A DNA stretch of 62,717 bases, the filler included, from Basidiobolus ranarum (taxonomy: Eukaryota), in the NCBI GenBank assembly GCA_040143965.1. It is 37 parts of 37 records of this genome, joined end to end, with 100 filler letters (N's around TTAATTAATTAA, not from the genome) between each part and the next. Parts side by side here need not be neighbours in the genome. Positions count along the whole stretch, not along the records: positions 37,410 to 39,006 come from JASJQH010004756.1; positions 39,107 to 40,703 come from JASJQH010004757.1; positions 40,804 to 42,400 come from JASJQH010004758.1; positions 42,501 to 44,096 come from JASJQH010004759.1; positions 44,197 to 45,791 come from JASJQH010004760.1; positions 45,892 to 47,486 come from JASJQH010004761.1; positions 47,587 to 49,180 come from JASJQH010004762.1; positions 49,281 to 50,874 come from JASJQH010004763.1; 29 more parts are not named here. One strand, written 5' to 3'. Of this stretch, positions 37,598 through 49,726 are shown piece after piece; positions within the stretch are counted from its first letter, which is position 1; each line of letters begins with the position of its first letter. Below the pieces are notes generated by a model. That model had not been told where the DNA came from, searched no databases, and worked only from the letters and a program-made list of their open reading frames with translations. The translations under genes were made by a program, and so were the position numbers.

Positions 37598-39006
37598 TAA
37601 ACTCTTGGATTTTGCCATATTTCTATAATGAATTCAGCCAATTTATCCCAACTTGCTGTCAACAAATGTCCAGCCACAACTAGATGTGTCATTGCTTGAA
37701 TGGATTACCCCATGGCTAAAACAATAATACTGTGTATCTTGATCTATATCACCAAGAAGTCTATCTTGCAGCTTTCCTAAAAATACCATCAGATTATCAC
37801 ACAAACAAATTAGTCCAAATTTTACAGATACTTACTCTGTATCCATTGATTTGGATTTGTTGCTGTTATTGTGCTCAAACAATGTGAAAACCCATGAGCA
37901 CATTGAAAAGAGCCCTTTGTTGTAAGGTTAATATACTCTGGAGTCTCCTTAACCCATCACCTAAAATCAATCACTGTTTTTGCTGATACATTGTTAATCA
38001 GATTAGCCTGTGATAACACTGACTATTTCACATGGACCATCTTTTCATCACAGGTGCACTCAATTGGGAACTCCCAGAATGTATAGCAAAGACCTATAAT
38101 CTCTGCGCATTGTGAAAGATGCCACGGGGAATGTATTAAATACCAGCATATAATCAGTCTATCTTCTTAAAACCTGTAATAAACTGTTTCATATCCAATT
38201 ACAAAATCTTTCCACAGTTGCTATGTCTGCCTGAGATCAGCCAATGTAAGTTGATACCAAAGAATATATTAACATTATCAACAAACTACTCCCAATGTTG
38301 CCAATACTTACAGGCCGGAAATCTTTGCAAATTCCACTTGAATATATACAACTCCAATACTTCCAGTCTTTGTATGCAAATAAACACCTAGATAAGTGGA
38401 TATTGATGGGAGTCCTGGTAAGATATGAAGGTATCTTCATGTTTTCAAGCATTTTCCTAATCTATTCAAACTTTGATCCTATCTCGAATGGCTCATTTGT
38501 ATTGTATTTTCCACTAAATTGCTGAGTAAGAACTATTAGAATGTTGTTAAATAGTAAATGCATAGTACCTAATGGGAAGCTCTGGCTCCAGCTGGTCCCC
38601 TTTAGCAATATAATCTTAGGCTCATGGCTAATACCACATTTGCTGTTAGACTGACTTTTTAGTGAATTGATATCAGTGATCATGTTGAAATCTAACCAGG
38701 CTTTTGACTCAAAAATCAAGAAGTGTAGTGTTGTATCAAGATAGTAGTAATGTGTATGCCTGATGGAGTAAACTCCATTGTTTTGACAAAATCTACAGTA
38801 AGATAGTGCATTGTGCCTGCAAAAACCTCCAAGTTCACTGATGGCAGGAGTGTCACCAATACATACAATGATATTATCTTTAATAAAATATTCACCCATC
38901 TGAACCCCATTCAATAACCATTCAATTTCTTCAATCAAAGGCTCCAAGAAGCTGTCTATAAGTGCTGCTGATTTAGGTCTGGATATGATGGATAGTAGCA
39001 ATATAT
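37598..39006 (-). mobile_element. CACTA family A transposase core to 3' part
   Basis: ORF 38462-39001 DSFLEPLIEE..GDTPA..CRFC..TMH. Confidence 0.9.
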
Positions 39007-39106
39007 NNNNNNNNNNNNNNNNNNNNNNNNNNNNNNNNNNNNNNNNNNNNTTAATTAATTAANNNNNNNNNNNNNNNNNNNNNNNNNNNNNNNNNNNNNN
39101 NNNNNN

Positions 39107-40703
39107 CAAATGCATGATCATATGTGTTCTCAAAGAAACCTTGACTTTTCAGATTCTGGTAGTGATATCCATCAAGTATATTGGTAATACCATCAGCTTT
39201 ATGGTGAGTGCTTTGGTGTTGAATCAATGATCTATATTTGGGTGGTTTTGTCAAAACTTGAAGATGGGGAATCAGTGATCTGTAAGCCAAATATGAACAA
39301 TACTTGTCTGATTCAGTGATTGCCAATTGTGTGCAAGCAGTACACAACTTCAGGTTTTTCATATCACCCGTGAAAGCCAAACAACTATTTGGACATGAAA
39401 GTAGTTTAATTACTGAATGATTATTAGTCATATGATTGACAAGTGTTTTCCACTTGTACCAGAAAATCATAGGGCTAAAGTGGGTTAATACTGATAAATC
39501 TGAAATAATAGGGCAAAATACTAATGGTGTAAGATGATTGGCTAGAAAATATGGGTAAGTTAAATATGGATAACAAAATGAATGGTGCAATAGTAATGAT
39601 ATGAGCTTGGAGTAGAAATAAGTCAACCTGCTGGTGGGTAGCAATGCTATCCCACTACAGTATTATTACTTGTCCTGGCCTGTATAGCAACTTGGTAGTT
39701 ATTACTTATGATTGCATACAAAACATTATGGTGTTCTGCCTGCAATTCCCTTGTTGTAATAATTCTATCCAAATTATCTATGTAGGGTTGTTCAATAGTG
39801 GGCAAAGTAGCCATTTTGGAAGTTGATGGTCTTGATGATGTTTTGATTGAACTTTGCTCAACTGTTGATTTACTATGTAATTGGGGGATTACAATCTCTT
39901 CACTTGCATTATGGCTGGAAAGGAACTCATCTGGTAAATTGATTAATGCTTCATCATCACTTGAGTTAGTTTCTGGCATGTTAATGCCTTCTTAAGTGGA
40001 TAGTGGATTGCTTGACTGCTCATCAATCAAGTCCTCTGTTCTTACTGGTTTTTCTCCTCTTGTGCCAGCAGGCTTTGGCTTGGAAGCCAATTTTGATTTA
40101 GATTTTGAATGCTTTTTGTATGGCATTGAAATTTTTTAGATGATAAACTTGGTGTAGTGAAATTGCTTAGAAACAGCTTATAATAAACCAAAATTACCAT
40201 CCATAATCAGAAATATCTTGCAAATCCCCTGATGACTCATCTGTGACACTATCTCAGAACCAGCTGATGATATTGATGGGCTATACCTAAAATACCACCC
40301 CTACATAGAAGGTGTTCTTTTTTCCACAATATCCATCTCATGCTATAACACAAATGTTCAAAGGGGCCCTGCTATTATTGTCATAAATTCTTGTGCTATG
40401 AAAGCCGGAGGCTTCATAGAAAAAATAACCACAAGCACAGTTACTGTACAAAGCCACTAGCTGCACAAAGCCTGGCATATAACATCAGTAACAAGTGCAC
40501 TAACTTGACTTTAGCTTTGCCTACAAGTCCGCTGACTATACTTTGCCTCAAAGTTTTGATAACACTGCCAAAAGTCAAGATACCATGGAGTTACCACAGG
40601 TATATGACCAGTATGATATAGGTCAAAATGCAACTTTGTCAAACCAGTAAGTCCAGATAACTTTGAGGACTTGCTACTAGATGTTGATCTTGGTTATTCC
40701 AGT
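39107..40703 (+). mobile_element. CACTA family A centre: divergent accessory ORF start (ATG 40126, -) and transposase start (ATG 40340, +), joined to an inverted transposase segment (39107-39460)
   Basis: The 40126 ATG is also present at 20478; the transposase ATG is conserved in contigs 3 and 36; inversion junction at CCAG. Confidence 0.8.
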
Positions 40704-40803
40704 NNNNNNNNNNNNNNNNNNNNNNNNNNNNNNNNNNNNNNNNNNNNTTAATTAATTAANNNNNNNNNNNNNNNNNNNNNNNNNNNNNNNNNNNNNNNNN
40801 NNN

Positions 40804-40950
40804 CTAGTCTGTCAATGTATGGTACTTTGGCATTTCAGCTATACAAGCAACTGATTGGCCTTAGACTTTGTGTTCAGATGTAGTCACCATACTTCATATT
40901 TTCCTCTTTGGGAAGTACTGCTTGTGCCACAAGTCACCAGACTTTCAACA
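40804..40950 (-). mobile_element. tRNA-bearing LTR family, 5' part
   Basis: Reverse complement of 48758-48904; inserted in Copia. Confidence 0.85.
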
Positions 40951-42400
40951 AGTAGAATGGTCAGATGTTTCACTTATAGGATGTTTCTGATTTCCCCATG
41001 GCAGAATTTCTGAGACCTGATTGTCTGAATGCTATGATTGATTGAATACTGGTTATGATTGATTGCATACTTCCAATAATTGATTGCATCCAATATCAGC
41101 CAAATTGAGAGTAGGATATTTTTTAGGTAGGTGATTGGCCAGAAAATTATTGCCTTGTTTCTGGGCCCATTTTCCTAAATCCAGATTGGTTAGAAAAATA
41201 TCCTTTTTCTGATTACCATATTTTGCATTGGCAGAATAATATGCTGATTTCCAGAGGCTGGTTCCAAATTATCAATATCCTCAGAGCAATTATTAGGTTT
41301 TCTGATATCAATTGGTTCATTTCCAGTGCTGCCTAATGTTTCATTACTTGTATAGCTGCTTGATTCCAGAATATCATATAATAGTTTGTTCTCCTTGGTT
41401 TCAGTAGTTGTAGTGAAGTTTGAGACAGGATTATTGCTTGTTGGTTTTCTGCTAGGAATATTCACCATAGGGATTGGTAATGCTTTGAGCTTTGTCATAT
41501 ATTCATTGGTGGCTGATGTTTTAGACCTTGTCCCTGATGTGATATTTTCTGATTTGGATAATGTTGATAGATAGTTTCAGATTCCAAATTTAGCCTAATT
41601 CCAGTATTTATTTCCAATGTATAATTTTCTAAGTTGGTTTCAGTATGCATTAGCACAAGATTGGTTTCAAAACTCATTAACTCAGAATTTGAGTTATTGT
41701 GAAATTGATTTTCAGCCAAAATCAAATTCCCTGTTTAGAAGATTTGAGATTTTCTTCAATGAATAGAGTATCTTTGGTGTTGATGATTTGATTTGTGCCA
41801 GTAGTTAGGAGACAATAGTCTTTGTCCTGATATCCTAAAAGGATACATTCCATTGCCTTTTTGTCCAATTTCCTATGCTGAGATTTAGGATTATGAGCAT
41901 ATACTATTGATCCAAGAATTCTGAGGTGATTCAGATTAGGCTTGTTTCCAGTCCAGATTTCAATAGGAGTTTGAGAGTCATGGTTGCTACATGTTGGACT
42001 GCTATTTTGGAGATATGTAGCTGTTAGAGTAGCTTCACCTCAGTAGTTCTTAGGCAGATCTGAATCAATCAGTACTGTATGTGCTTTCCCTACTAAAGTC
42101 CTATTCAACCTTTCAGCAACTCCATTTTGTTCTGCACTATATGGAATATTAAGTTGCTGCCAAATTTCCTTTTCTTGACAAAAGCTAGTCATGGATTCAT
42201 TGCTAAAATCAGTTCCATTATCTCTGTGTAGTTATTTGATTTTTCTTCCTGTTAAGGTTGTGACCATTGCTTCATATATCTTGAAATATTGAAACACTTC
42301 TCCTTTGCTTGACAGAAGATATGAAACTGTGAAGTGATATTTATCATCAATAAAGATGAGTAAATATTGTCACTTACTTGGTGTCAGAGTTTGCATTGGG
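40951..42400 (-). mobile_element. Copia integrase and linker fragment
   Basis: IFIDDKYHFT..RDNGTDF..PYSAEQNGVAERLNRTL..KLDKKA.ECILLGY. Confidence 0.9.
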
Positions 42401-42500
42401 NNNNNNNNNNNNNNNNNNNNNNNNNNNNNNNNNNNNNNNNNNNNTTAATTAATTAANNNNNNNNNNNNNNNNNNNNNNNNNNNNNNNNNNNNNNNNNNNN

Positions 42501-43239
42501 AGTCTGGCTCATCTTTGGTGGGGATAAGCAAAATAGGCGCTTGAGCGTGCTCAGCATCTTCATCAGCCAGCAATGAAGGATGGATAAGAGAAGCAGCAGC
42601 GAAACTACCGTCACGAGTAGCTAGAACCGCCATCTTAGCACCCCAACAGAAACCAACAATACCAAAGCTGGCGGAGCCATCAGAAGTAAGGCGCTCTTTG
42701 ACCTTCTCCAGATCGACTTTGACCTATGCACGTATCAGATCAGTGTTTGTCTGGTATGCCAAGCAAATGTGACGGAAATCACTTTCTACCTTATCCCAGC
42801 TACCTTCAGTACCTATCCATTCCATTAAAGCAGGCATATTTTCGGGCTTCATTTTGTTGTGATCCCATGCTTTACCACGAAAGAAGTCAGGCATAGCAAC
42901 ACGGAAGTTGAATATCTCCCCAAGAATATCGCAAAATTGATGGGTGTTGGGACTAATGAAGTTCAAAGTTAGTTACTACATTACCCCAGTGGGTTATTCG
43001 ATGACAAGCTTACTGGAGAGCGAAGATATCATAAATCACAACAACCGCTTTCTTAGCATCCTGCGTATTGGTGATAAATATGTTAGGTAGACGAGCGAAT
43101 GATGTAACAACATTTAAGTAAGTCATACCTTAGGTCCGACAAAGTAGACGGGTAGGTCATCTATTTGCTCAAAAGTTCCCTTTGGAGCGTAATTGGAGAC
43201 AACTGGAGGAAGAGAACAGCAGGCTTTACTTGCGGACAT
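42501..43239 (-). CDS. Dienelactone hydrolase family protein (alpha/beta hydrolase), 3'-truncated
   Basis: Four exons with GT-AG introns: ACCSLPPVVSNYAPKG..YDIF..PDFFRG..GIVGFCWGAK..IHPS..APILLIP. Confidence 0.92.
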
Positions 43240-43819
43240 TGTAGTTAAAATAGGCTTCTTTATACGTCCTCACCCATATTTATAGCATGATGCATCCTTC
43301 GATTGTATGAAATATGGTGGCGGTTAGTACGTCCTCATTCAGCTTTATTAGTTAATACCGATTGTTCTGTGACTGGCTAAATTAGGATTCATTCACCCTG
43401 CTCACCAACTTTTTCACTATTTTATTGGAAATTATAGTGAATAAGCTTAGAAATGATTATGCTAATTTTCTGATACGTAGGCAAATCGAGTATCTGACCA
43501 ATTCCAACTCCTCATGAAATGTGGCGTATGACTTATGCTACCGAGTGTTACCAATTGGTTGATTTACTGGGATAGTCTCCAATATCACACATTATCCGTT
43601 GACGTATTCTGGAACAACGCAGATTTGTAAGTTAAACCATTCTTCGTCACATTTTCCCTACATGCAAAGGATATAGTGCTGGATGCCGGGCATAAACAAA
43701 CCATCGGATAAATACTGATTTCATGATTCATCCCAGCTATTTTATTTTAGGAACTCTACAGTAACAGTATATAATAAGCTTAGGGCACTTATTTCCAAAG
43801 AAGCACTGTGAGGTTTAAA

Positions 43820-44096
43820 TGCACATGTCAAATCAGTGTTTGTTTGGTAGGCCAAATAAATGTGCCAGAATTTGATTCTTACATTATCCCAGTTAGCCAC
43901 AGTACCTAGCCACTCTCTCACAGTAGGTCCATCTTCGGGCTTAATTCTATTTTGCTCCCATGGTTTACCGCGAAAGAAATCAGGTAGAGCAACACGAAAG
44001 TTGAAGGTCTCCCCAAGAATATCGAAATTGATGGGCATTAGGGCTAATAAATCTCAAAGTTAATTGCTAGGTTTCTTCATTGTACTCATTATTGGC
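43820..44096 (-). pseudogene. Truncated tandem paralog of the dienelactone hydrolase
   Basis: Exon DILGETFNFRVALPDFFRGK plus homologous intron; 2-nt deletion before DILG; the downstream acceptor and GFCWG exon are missing. Confidence 0.8.
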
Positions 44097-44196
44097 NNNN
44101 NNNNNNNNNNNNNNNNNNNNNNNNNNNNNNNNNNNNNNNNTTAATTAATTAANNNNNNNNNNNNNNNNNNNNNNNNNNNNNNNNNNNNNNNNNNNN

Positions 44197-45791
44197 ATTG
44201 GGAGAAAATGTTCCATCATAGTCAATGCCATGTTTCTGAGCATAGCCTTTTACTACTAATCCTGCATTGTACTGGTTGATAGATCCATCTGAGTTAAGTT
44301 TCAGTTTCAGCACCCATCTATTACCAATAGTGTTTCTTCCAGTAGATAAGTCTACAAGGATCCATGTTATTCTTGATCAGGGAGTGAATTTCATCATCAG
44401 TTCTTTTCTTGATTCTGTTGCTTCATCAGATTTCAGAGCTTGTGTCGAATTTTTGGGTTCAGAAAATGCTATATGTGTAGATATAATCCACCCTTTTTCT
44501 GAATTGAAACTGTTGATCTTATGCTCTGATGTGAGACATCCAAAGACCTTGGTAGAATGGTCAGATGTTGCACTTACAGGATGTTTCTGATCTCCACTTG
44601 GTATGATGTCTGAGACCTGATTGTCTGAATTTTGTGATTGATTGAATACTTGTTGTGATTGATTATATACTTCCAATAATTGATTGTATCAAATATCAGC
44701 CAGATTGAGAGTAGGATATTTCTTAGGTATATGATTGGCCAGAAAATCATTGCCTTGTTTCTGAGCCCAATTTCTTGATTCCTGATTGGCTTGAAAAATA
44801 TTCTTTTTCTGATTACCATTTTTTTTATTGGCAGATATAATAAACTGATTTCCAGAAGATGGTTCCAAATTATCAGTATCCTCAGAGTAATTATTAGGTT
44901 TTCTGGTATAAATTGGTGCATTTCCAGTGCTGCCTAATGTTTCACTACTCATATAGCTGCTTGATTCCAGAATATCATCTAATGGTTTGTTCTCCTTAGT
45001 TTCAGTACTTGTAGTGAAGTTTGAAACAGGCTTATTGCTTGTTGGTTTTCTGCTAGGAATATTCATCACCAGGATAGGTAATGATTTGAGCTTTGTCATA
45101 TATTCATTTGTGGATGCTGTTTTAGACCTTGTCATAGATGTGATATTTTCTAAATTGGGATAATGTTGAGAGATAGTTTCAGATTTCAAATTTGGCCTAA
45201 TTCCAGTATCTATTTCCAATGTATCATTTTCCAAGTTGGTTTCAGTACTTGTAAGCTCAAGATTGATTTCAGAACTCATTAACTCAGAATTTGAGTTATT
45301 GAGAAATTTATTTTCAGCCAAAATCAAATTCCTTTGATTAGAAGATTTGATTTTATTCAATGAATATAGTATCTCTGGAGTTGATGATTTGATTTGTGCC
45401 AGTACTTTGGAGATGGTAGCTTTTTTTCTGATATCCTAATAGGATACATTTAATTGCCTTTTTGTCTAATTTCCTATGCTGAGGTTTAGAAATATGAGCA
45501 TATACTATTGATCCAAAAGCTCTAAGGTGATTCAGATTAGGCTTGTTTCCAGTCCAGATTTCAATAGGAGTTTTAGAGTCATGGTTGCTGCGTGTTGGAC
45601 TTCTATTTTGGAGATATGTAGCTATTAAAATAGCTTCACCCCAATAGGTCTTAGGCAGATCTGAATCAATCAGCATTGTATGTGCTTTCTCTACTAAAGT
45701 CCTATTCATCCTTTCTGCAACTCCATTTTGTTCTGCACCATATGGAATAGTAAATTGCTGCTGAATTCCCTTTTCTTGACAAAAGCTAGTC
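44197..45791 (-). mobile_element. Copia integrase-linker-RT start fragment
   Basis: QNGVAERMNRTLVEKA..YWGEA..YLQNRSPT..LRAFGS..KLDKKA.KCILLGY; KGYAQKHGIDY. Confidence 0.92.
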
Positions 45792-45955
45792 NNNNNNNNN
45801 NNNNNNNNNNNNNNNNNNNNNNNNNNNNNNNNNNNTTAATTAATTAANNNNNNNNNNNNNNNNNNNNNNNNNNNNNNNNNNNNNNNNNNNNATATTCACA
45901 AATATCTTAAATGTAACTTTGAATTTTGAGATCAGGGAGGGTTATATGTATAACA

Positions 45956-47486
45956 TGTTGGGTAATTAATCTTTATTCAACATCATAGTTAACTTTGGTT
46001 ACAATACATATATCAGAAACAGAAAGCAACATATCTATAGCCCCTATATTCTAAATAGGAATATCTCTATATCTATATAACAAGTATGTCTTAGTACCCC
46101 CACTTATCTATTATATCTTATTACACAAACTTATGAATATCTCAAACAATTGATTTACTTTTCTACAATATGAGTCACCATATACTCTTGAGAATAAGGT
46201 AACTAAAACACACTATCATAAGTTGCTTCTAATACCCAAAGTCTACCCCTGTTATGTCAAGATCCTCCAACATGGTAGTAGTGAGTAAATAAGAGTCTTC
46301 CTCCCAAAAGGAGATTATTAATATTCTGTTGAAGTTTATTATCTTTATGATATTTGTTATCTCTATCTTTATACACCTAACAATTTCATATAATACATAT
46401 AAGTTAGTTAACATTACTTAGTCAAATATCACTTAACTGCAAATCAGAACATAGATTATATATATATGTGAATAATGTGAGAATTAGCAGTTCAATATTG
46501 GAAATTTCAAACTTGTCCAAATTTCCCCAAAGATAGCTCATTTTACTCTCACAGATGTTCTGAACACAACCCCAGTGTTAGTTTTCTTTATTTCCACCAA
46601 AATGTATAAATGCTTTATTTCTGGACTATAAATAATTATATCACAAAAAGCTATTCATAACTCTACTTTTCTAAAGTTACTCCAAACCACCCATATTTTC
46701 CCAATATATTCCAACATTTAATGGGGAATATTTCCATGAATGGAAATTCAAGATGCAACTTGTGTTTGAAAGGAAACATGTCTGGGAAGTAGTTTAGTCC
46801 AAAGAAGTAGAAGAAACTTCTGAAGAAGATAGTGCAGATTCTGACACTGAAATGCAGAAGCCAATATGTAAGGAAGCCAGGGCAACCTTCAAAGAAAAAG
46901 ACAGATTGGCATTTAGGGAAGTATGTCTAAAACTGGGATCACAACAACTTATGCTAGTCAGAGATGCTGACTCTGTCAAGAATTCATGGGAAATCCTAGT
47001 GGAACATCATGAGCAAAAATGGCTTGCTCACTTGATGATGCCGCAAAGAAAATTCTTAAACTCTCATATGTCTGAGGATTCAGATATTGTGACATATGTA
47101 AATGGTGTCAAGAAACTTACCCAACAACTGGAATCAGAGAATTATGAAGTTCTTAAAATGGATATAATTCTTACCATAATCAATGGTCTCCCTGAATCAT
47201 ATTCAGCCCTTGTACTCACTTTGGAAGCAATTGGGGATAAGATTACTCAGCATTATCTGATCACTTGTCTATGTCAAGAAGAATTTAAAAGGAAAGACAA
47301 AAGTCAGCTTGCCAATGAAACTAAACTACACAAGCATTTTATTCTCAAAATAGCCAACCAGAAAGGGCACTGTGAAATGTTACAAATGTGGAAAACTGGG
47401 ACATATAGCACGTTACTGCAGATCAAAGAAAAGGAAGCATTTAACACCACTAAAAGAGGAAATGAACACTATGTACTTAGGGCAAC
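45956..47486 (+). mobile_element. Copia element of another family: candidate LTR (45956-46272), PBS TGGTAG.., gag; interrupted by LTR-B
   Basis: TGTTGG...CCAACA then TGGTAGTAG; FNGEYFHEWKFKM..VWEVV; gag ORF 46852-47486 (NGLPESY); frameshifted zinc knuckle. Confidence 0.8.
46327..46716 (+). mobile_element. LTR-B full length (390 bp)
   Basis: TGTTGAAG...TTCCAACA; no TSD recognisable. Confidence 0.85.
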
Positions 47487-47586
47487 NNNNNNNNNNNNNN
47501 NNNNNNNNNNNNNNNNNNNNNNNNNNNNNNTTAATTAATTAANNNNNNNNNNNNNNNNNNNNNNNNNNNNNNNNNNNNNNNNNNNN

Positions 47587-49180
47587 GTCCTCAAAGCTTT
47601 CTGGACTTGCTGGCTCAACCAAGATTGTACTTCTGCCTATATGTTTTTGGCTATATAAGTGTAATAACTCTTCAGTGGCTTCACTTTCAACAGTTTTACT
47701 AAAACTTTGAGTTAAAGTACCGCCAATGGACTCAGTGAACAAGACCAAAGTGGTCTTTGTCTTCCTATTATTAGTGATCCTCACCAGACTTTGTGCAGCC
47801 CCTAATAGAAATTTAGGTTAGTTATGGTAGGAAAACATCACACCTTTAATCCATATTGGATTGGCCATTTACTAATCATTTTAAAATTGTCTAGTTTGAT
47901 TTGCTTTTAATTAAATTTCCAGTTTCAGAAATGCTGTTTCTGGATCATGCAAAATAGTAGCACATGATTGGCTACAATTCCGGAAAAGCCTGGATTAAAA
48001 ACATGAGCAAAAAACATAACTTAAATTCTACAAATTTACTACTGGAACACTGATTAAACATCTTTGAAATCCCTACCTTCCTTGATATATTTTCCTGAAT
48101 GTCTTTGGAGCTCTTCATACCCAAGTTTTAGCTTGTATCCAACACAAGTTTGTATTGACATCACCATCAAAGCCAAGCATTGTATTAACATTGCTGGATC
48201 AACATTCTTCCAGCTATATAGTGGTTATCCTGTGATACTGTGGCACTCTGTAATAAGCTCATCCCAGATATCTGCATGGTCAACACCAGACTGAATGTCA
48301 AGTTGAAAATTCTTCTTCTGAAGCCACTTTCTGCACACTTGCACTGCATTTTTCCCTTTGTACCTTGAAAGCCCTTTTCAAGCACTTTTACTGTACATTC
48401 TTATAATATGACAATACTCACTGTGCTTTGCAGTGATTGAGTGGCTTTATGCCTGCCTTTAGCCCTAACAGAAATTTGAGGATTGTTACCATAGGAAAAC
48501 CATGACAATTTTAATCCATTTGGGATTGACCATTCAATTACCATCAAAAATTGTCAAGTAGGATTTGATTTGAATCAGTTTTTTCAATTTCAGGAGTGAA
48601 ATTTCAAGAGCTCCCAAGTAGTTGCACATGATTGGCTACAATCTCAGAGAACTATGGATGAACATATGTGCAAAAAGCATAACTCAAATTTTACATATTT
48701 ACCATGAGAACACTAATTTGTCACCTTTGAAATCCTTAATTTCTTTGATATATTCTCTGTTGAAAGTCTGGTGACTTGTGGTACAAGCAGTAATTCTCAA
48801 AGAGGAAAATATGCAGTATGTTGACTGCATCTGAACATAAAGTCTAAGGCCAATCAGTTGCTTGTATAGCTGAAATGCCAAAGTACCGTACATTGACAGA
48901 CTAGGTTAAGGTTCCCTAGCAATATAGGCATAGCATACAAGGACTGGTAGCTGAGTGGTTAGAGCACCTTGCTAGAGTGAACAAGGCCCCAGGTTCAACC
49001 CTGGCCAGACCAATATTTCTCCCTAAATAGTTTAAATATTCTCCTGATTATTTTTGTAGCATTCTTCATACCCAAGGTTTTGCTCATATCCAACATGAGT
49101 TTGAATCAATATCTCCATCAAAGCTCACCATTGTATTAATGTTGCTGAATTAACATTCTTCCAGCTATCTGGTGGATACT
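47587..49180 (+). mobile_element. Three nested CACTA family A pieces (diverged transposase N-terminus on -, left termini at 47800 and 48463)
   Basis: CCCTAATAGAAATTT at 47800 and CCCTAACAGAAATTTGAGG at 48463. Confidence 0.82.
48758..49038 (+). mobile_element. Solo LTR (281 bp) containing a tRNA-like cassette (48941-49012), 5-bp TSD
   Basis: TGTTGAAA...TTTAAATA flanked by TTCTC (48753-48757 and 49039-49043); the CACTA sequence rejoins when it is removed. Confidence 0.9.
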
Positions 49181-49280
49181 NNNNNNNNNNNNNNNNNNNN
49201 NNNNNNNNNNNNNNNNNNNNNNNNTTAATTAATTAANNNNNNNNNNNNNNNNNNNNNNNNNNNNNNNNNNNNNNNNNNNN

Positions 49281-49726
49281 CAATTGATTCCTGGGTTGTG
49301 CTGCATGCGCCATGAGAAACCAAGGATGACTGGGTGGGGAGGTGAAGATATGATGATAAAAGCTATTTCTTCTTGATGAGCAGTGAACCTGAGTGTCATA
49401 AATGTTGTCTCAGGCATTGATGCACCTGATGACAGCAGTCTTCCATAAATTACTTCTGTGAGTTCTGGATTGGATTTCTTGATTGTTGGGATAAAGTGGG
49501 ACTTCACAAAGGTAATCAGTCAATAAAACAGAAGGAAGAACCCAAATCCAGAAGTGCAGTTATTTTATTGACTTGAAATTGGGTAGTAGGAATGTAATGT
49601 GCAGCTTTAATGACTGGTATGACTGCAGAGATTGCAATGTAAGATGAAGAAATGTTTTGAAGGTGGTTCGCCCCACTGCATGCCCATTGTTGCAGCTGAG
49701 TACTGAAGTTTTTGAATGGTTAAGGA
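49281..49726 (-). mobile_element. Gypsy (chromovirus-like) aspartic protease region
   Basis: ALLDLGSSFCFID..EVIYGRLLSSG..HQEEI.F.II.SP.HPVILG.SW..HNPGIN. Confidence 0.82.
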
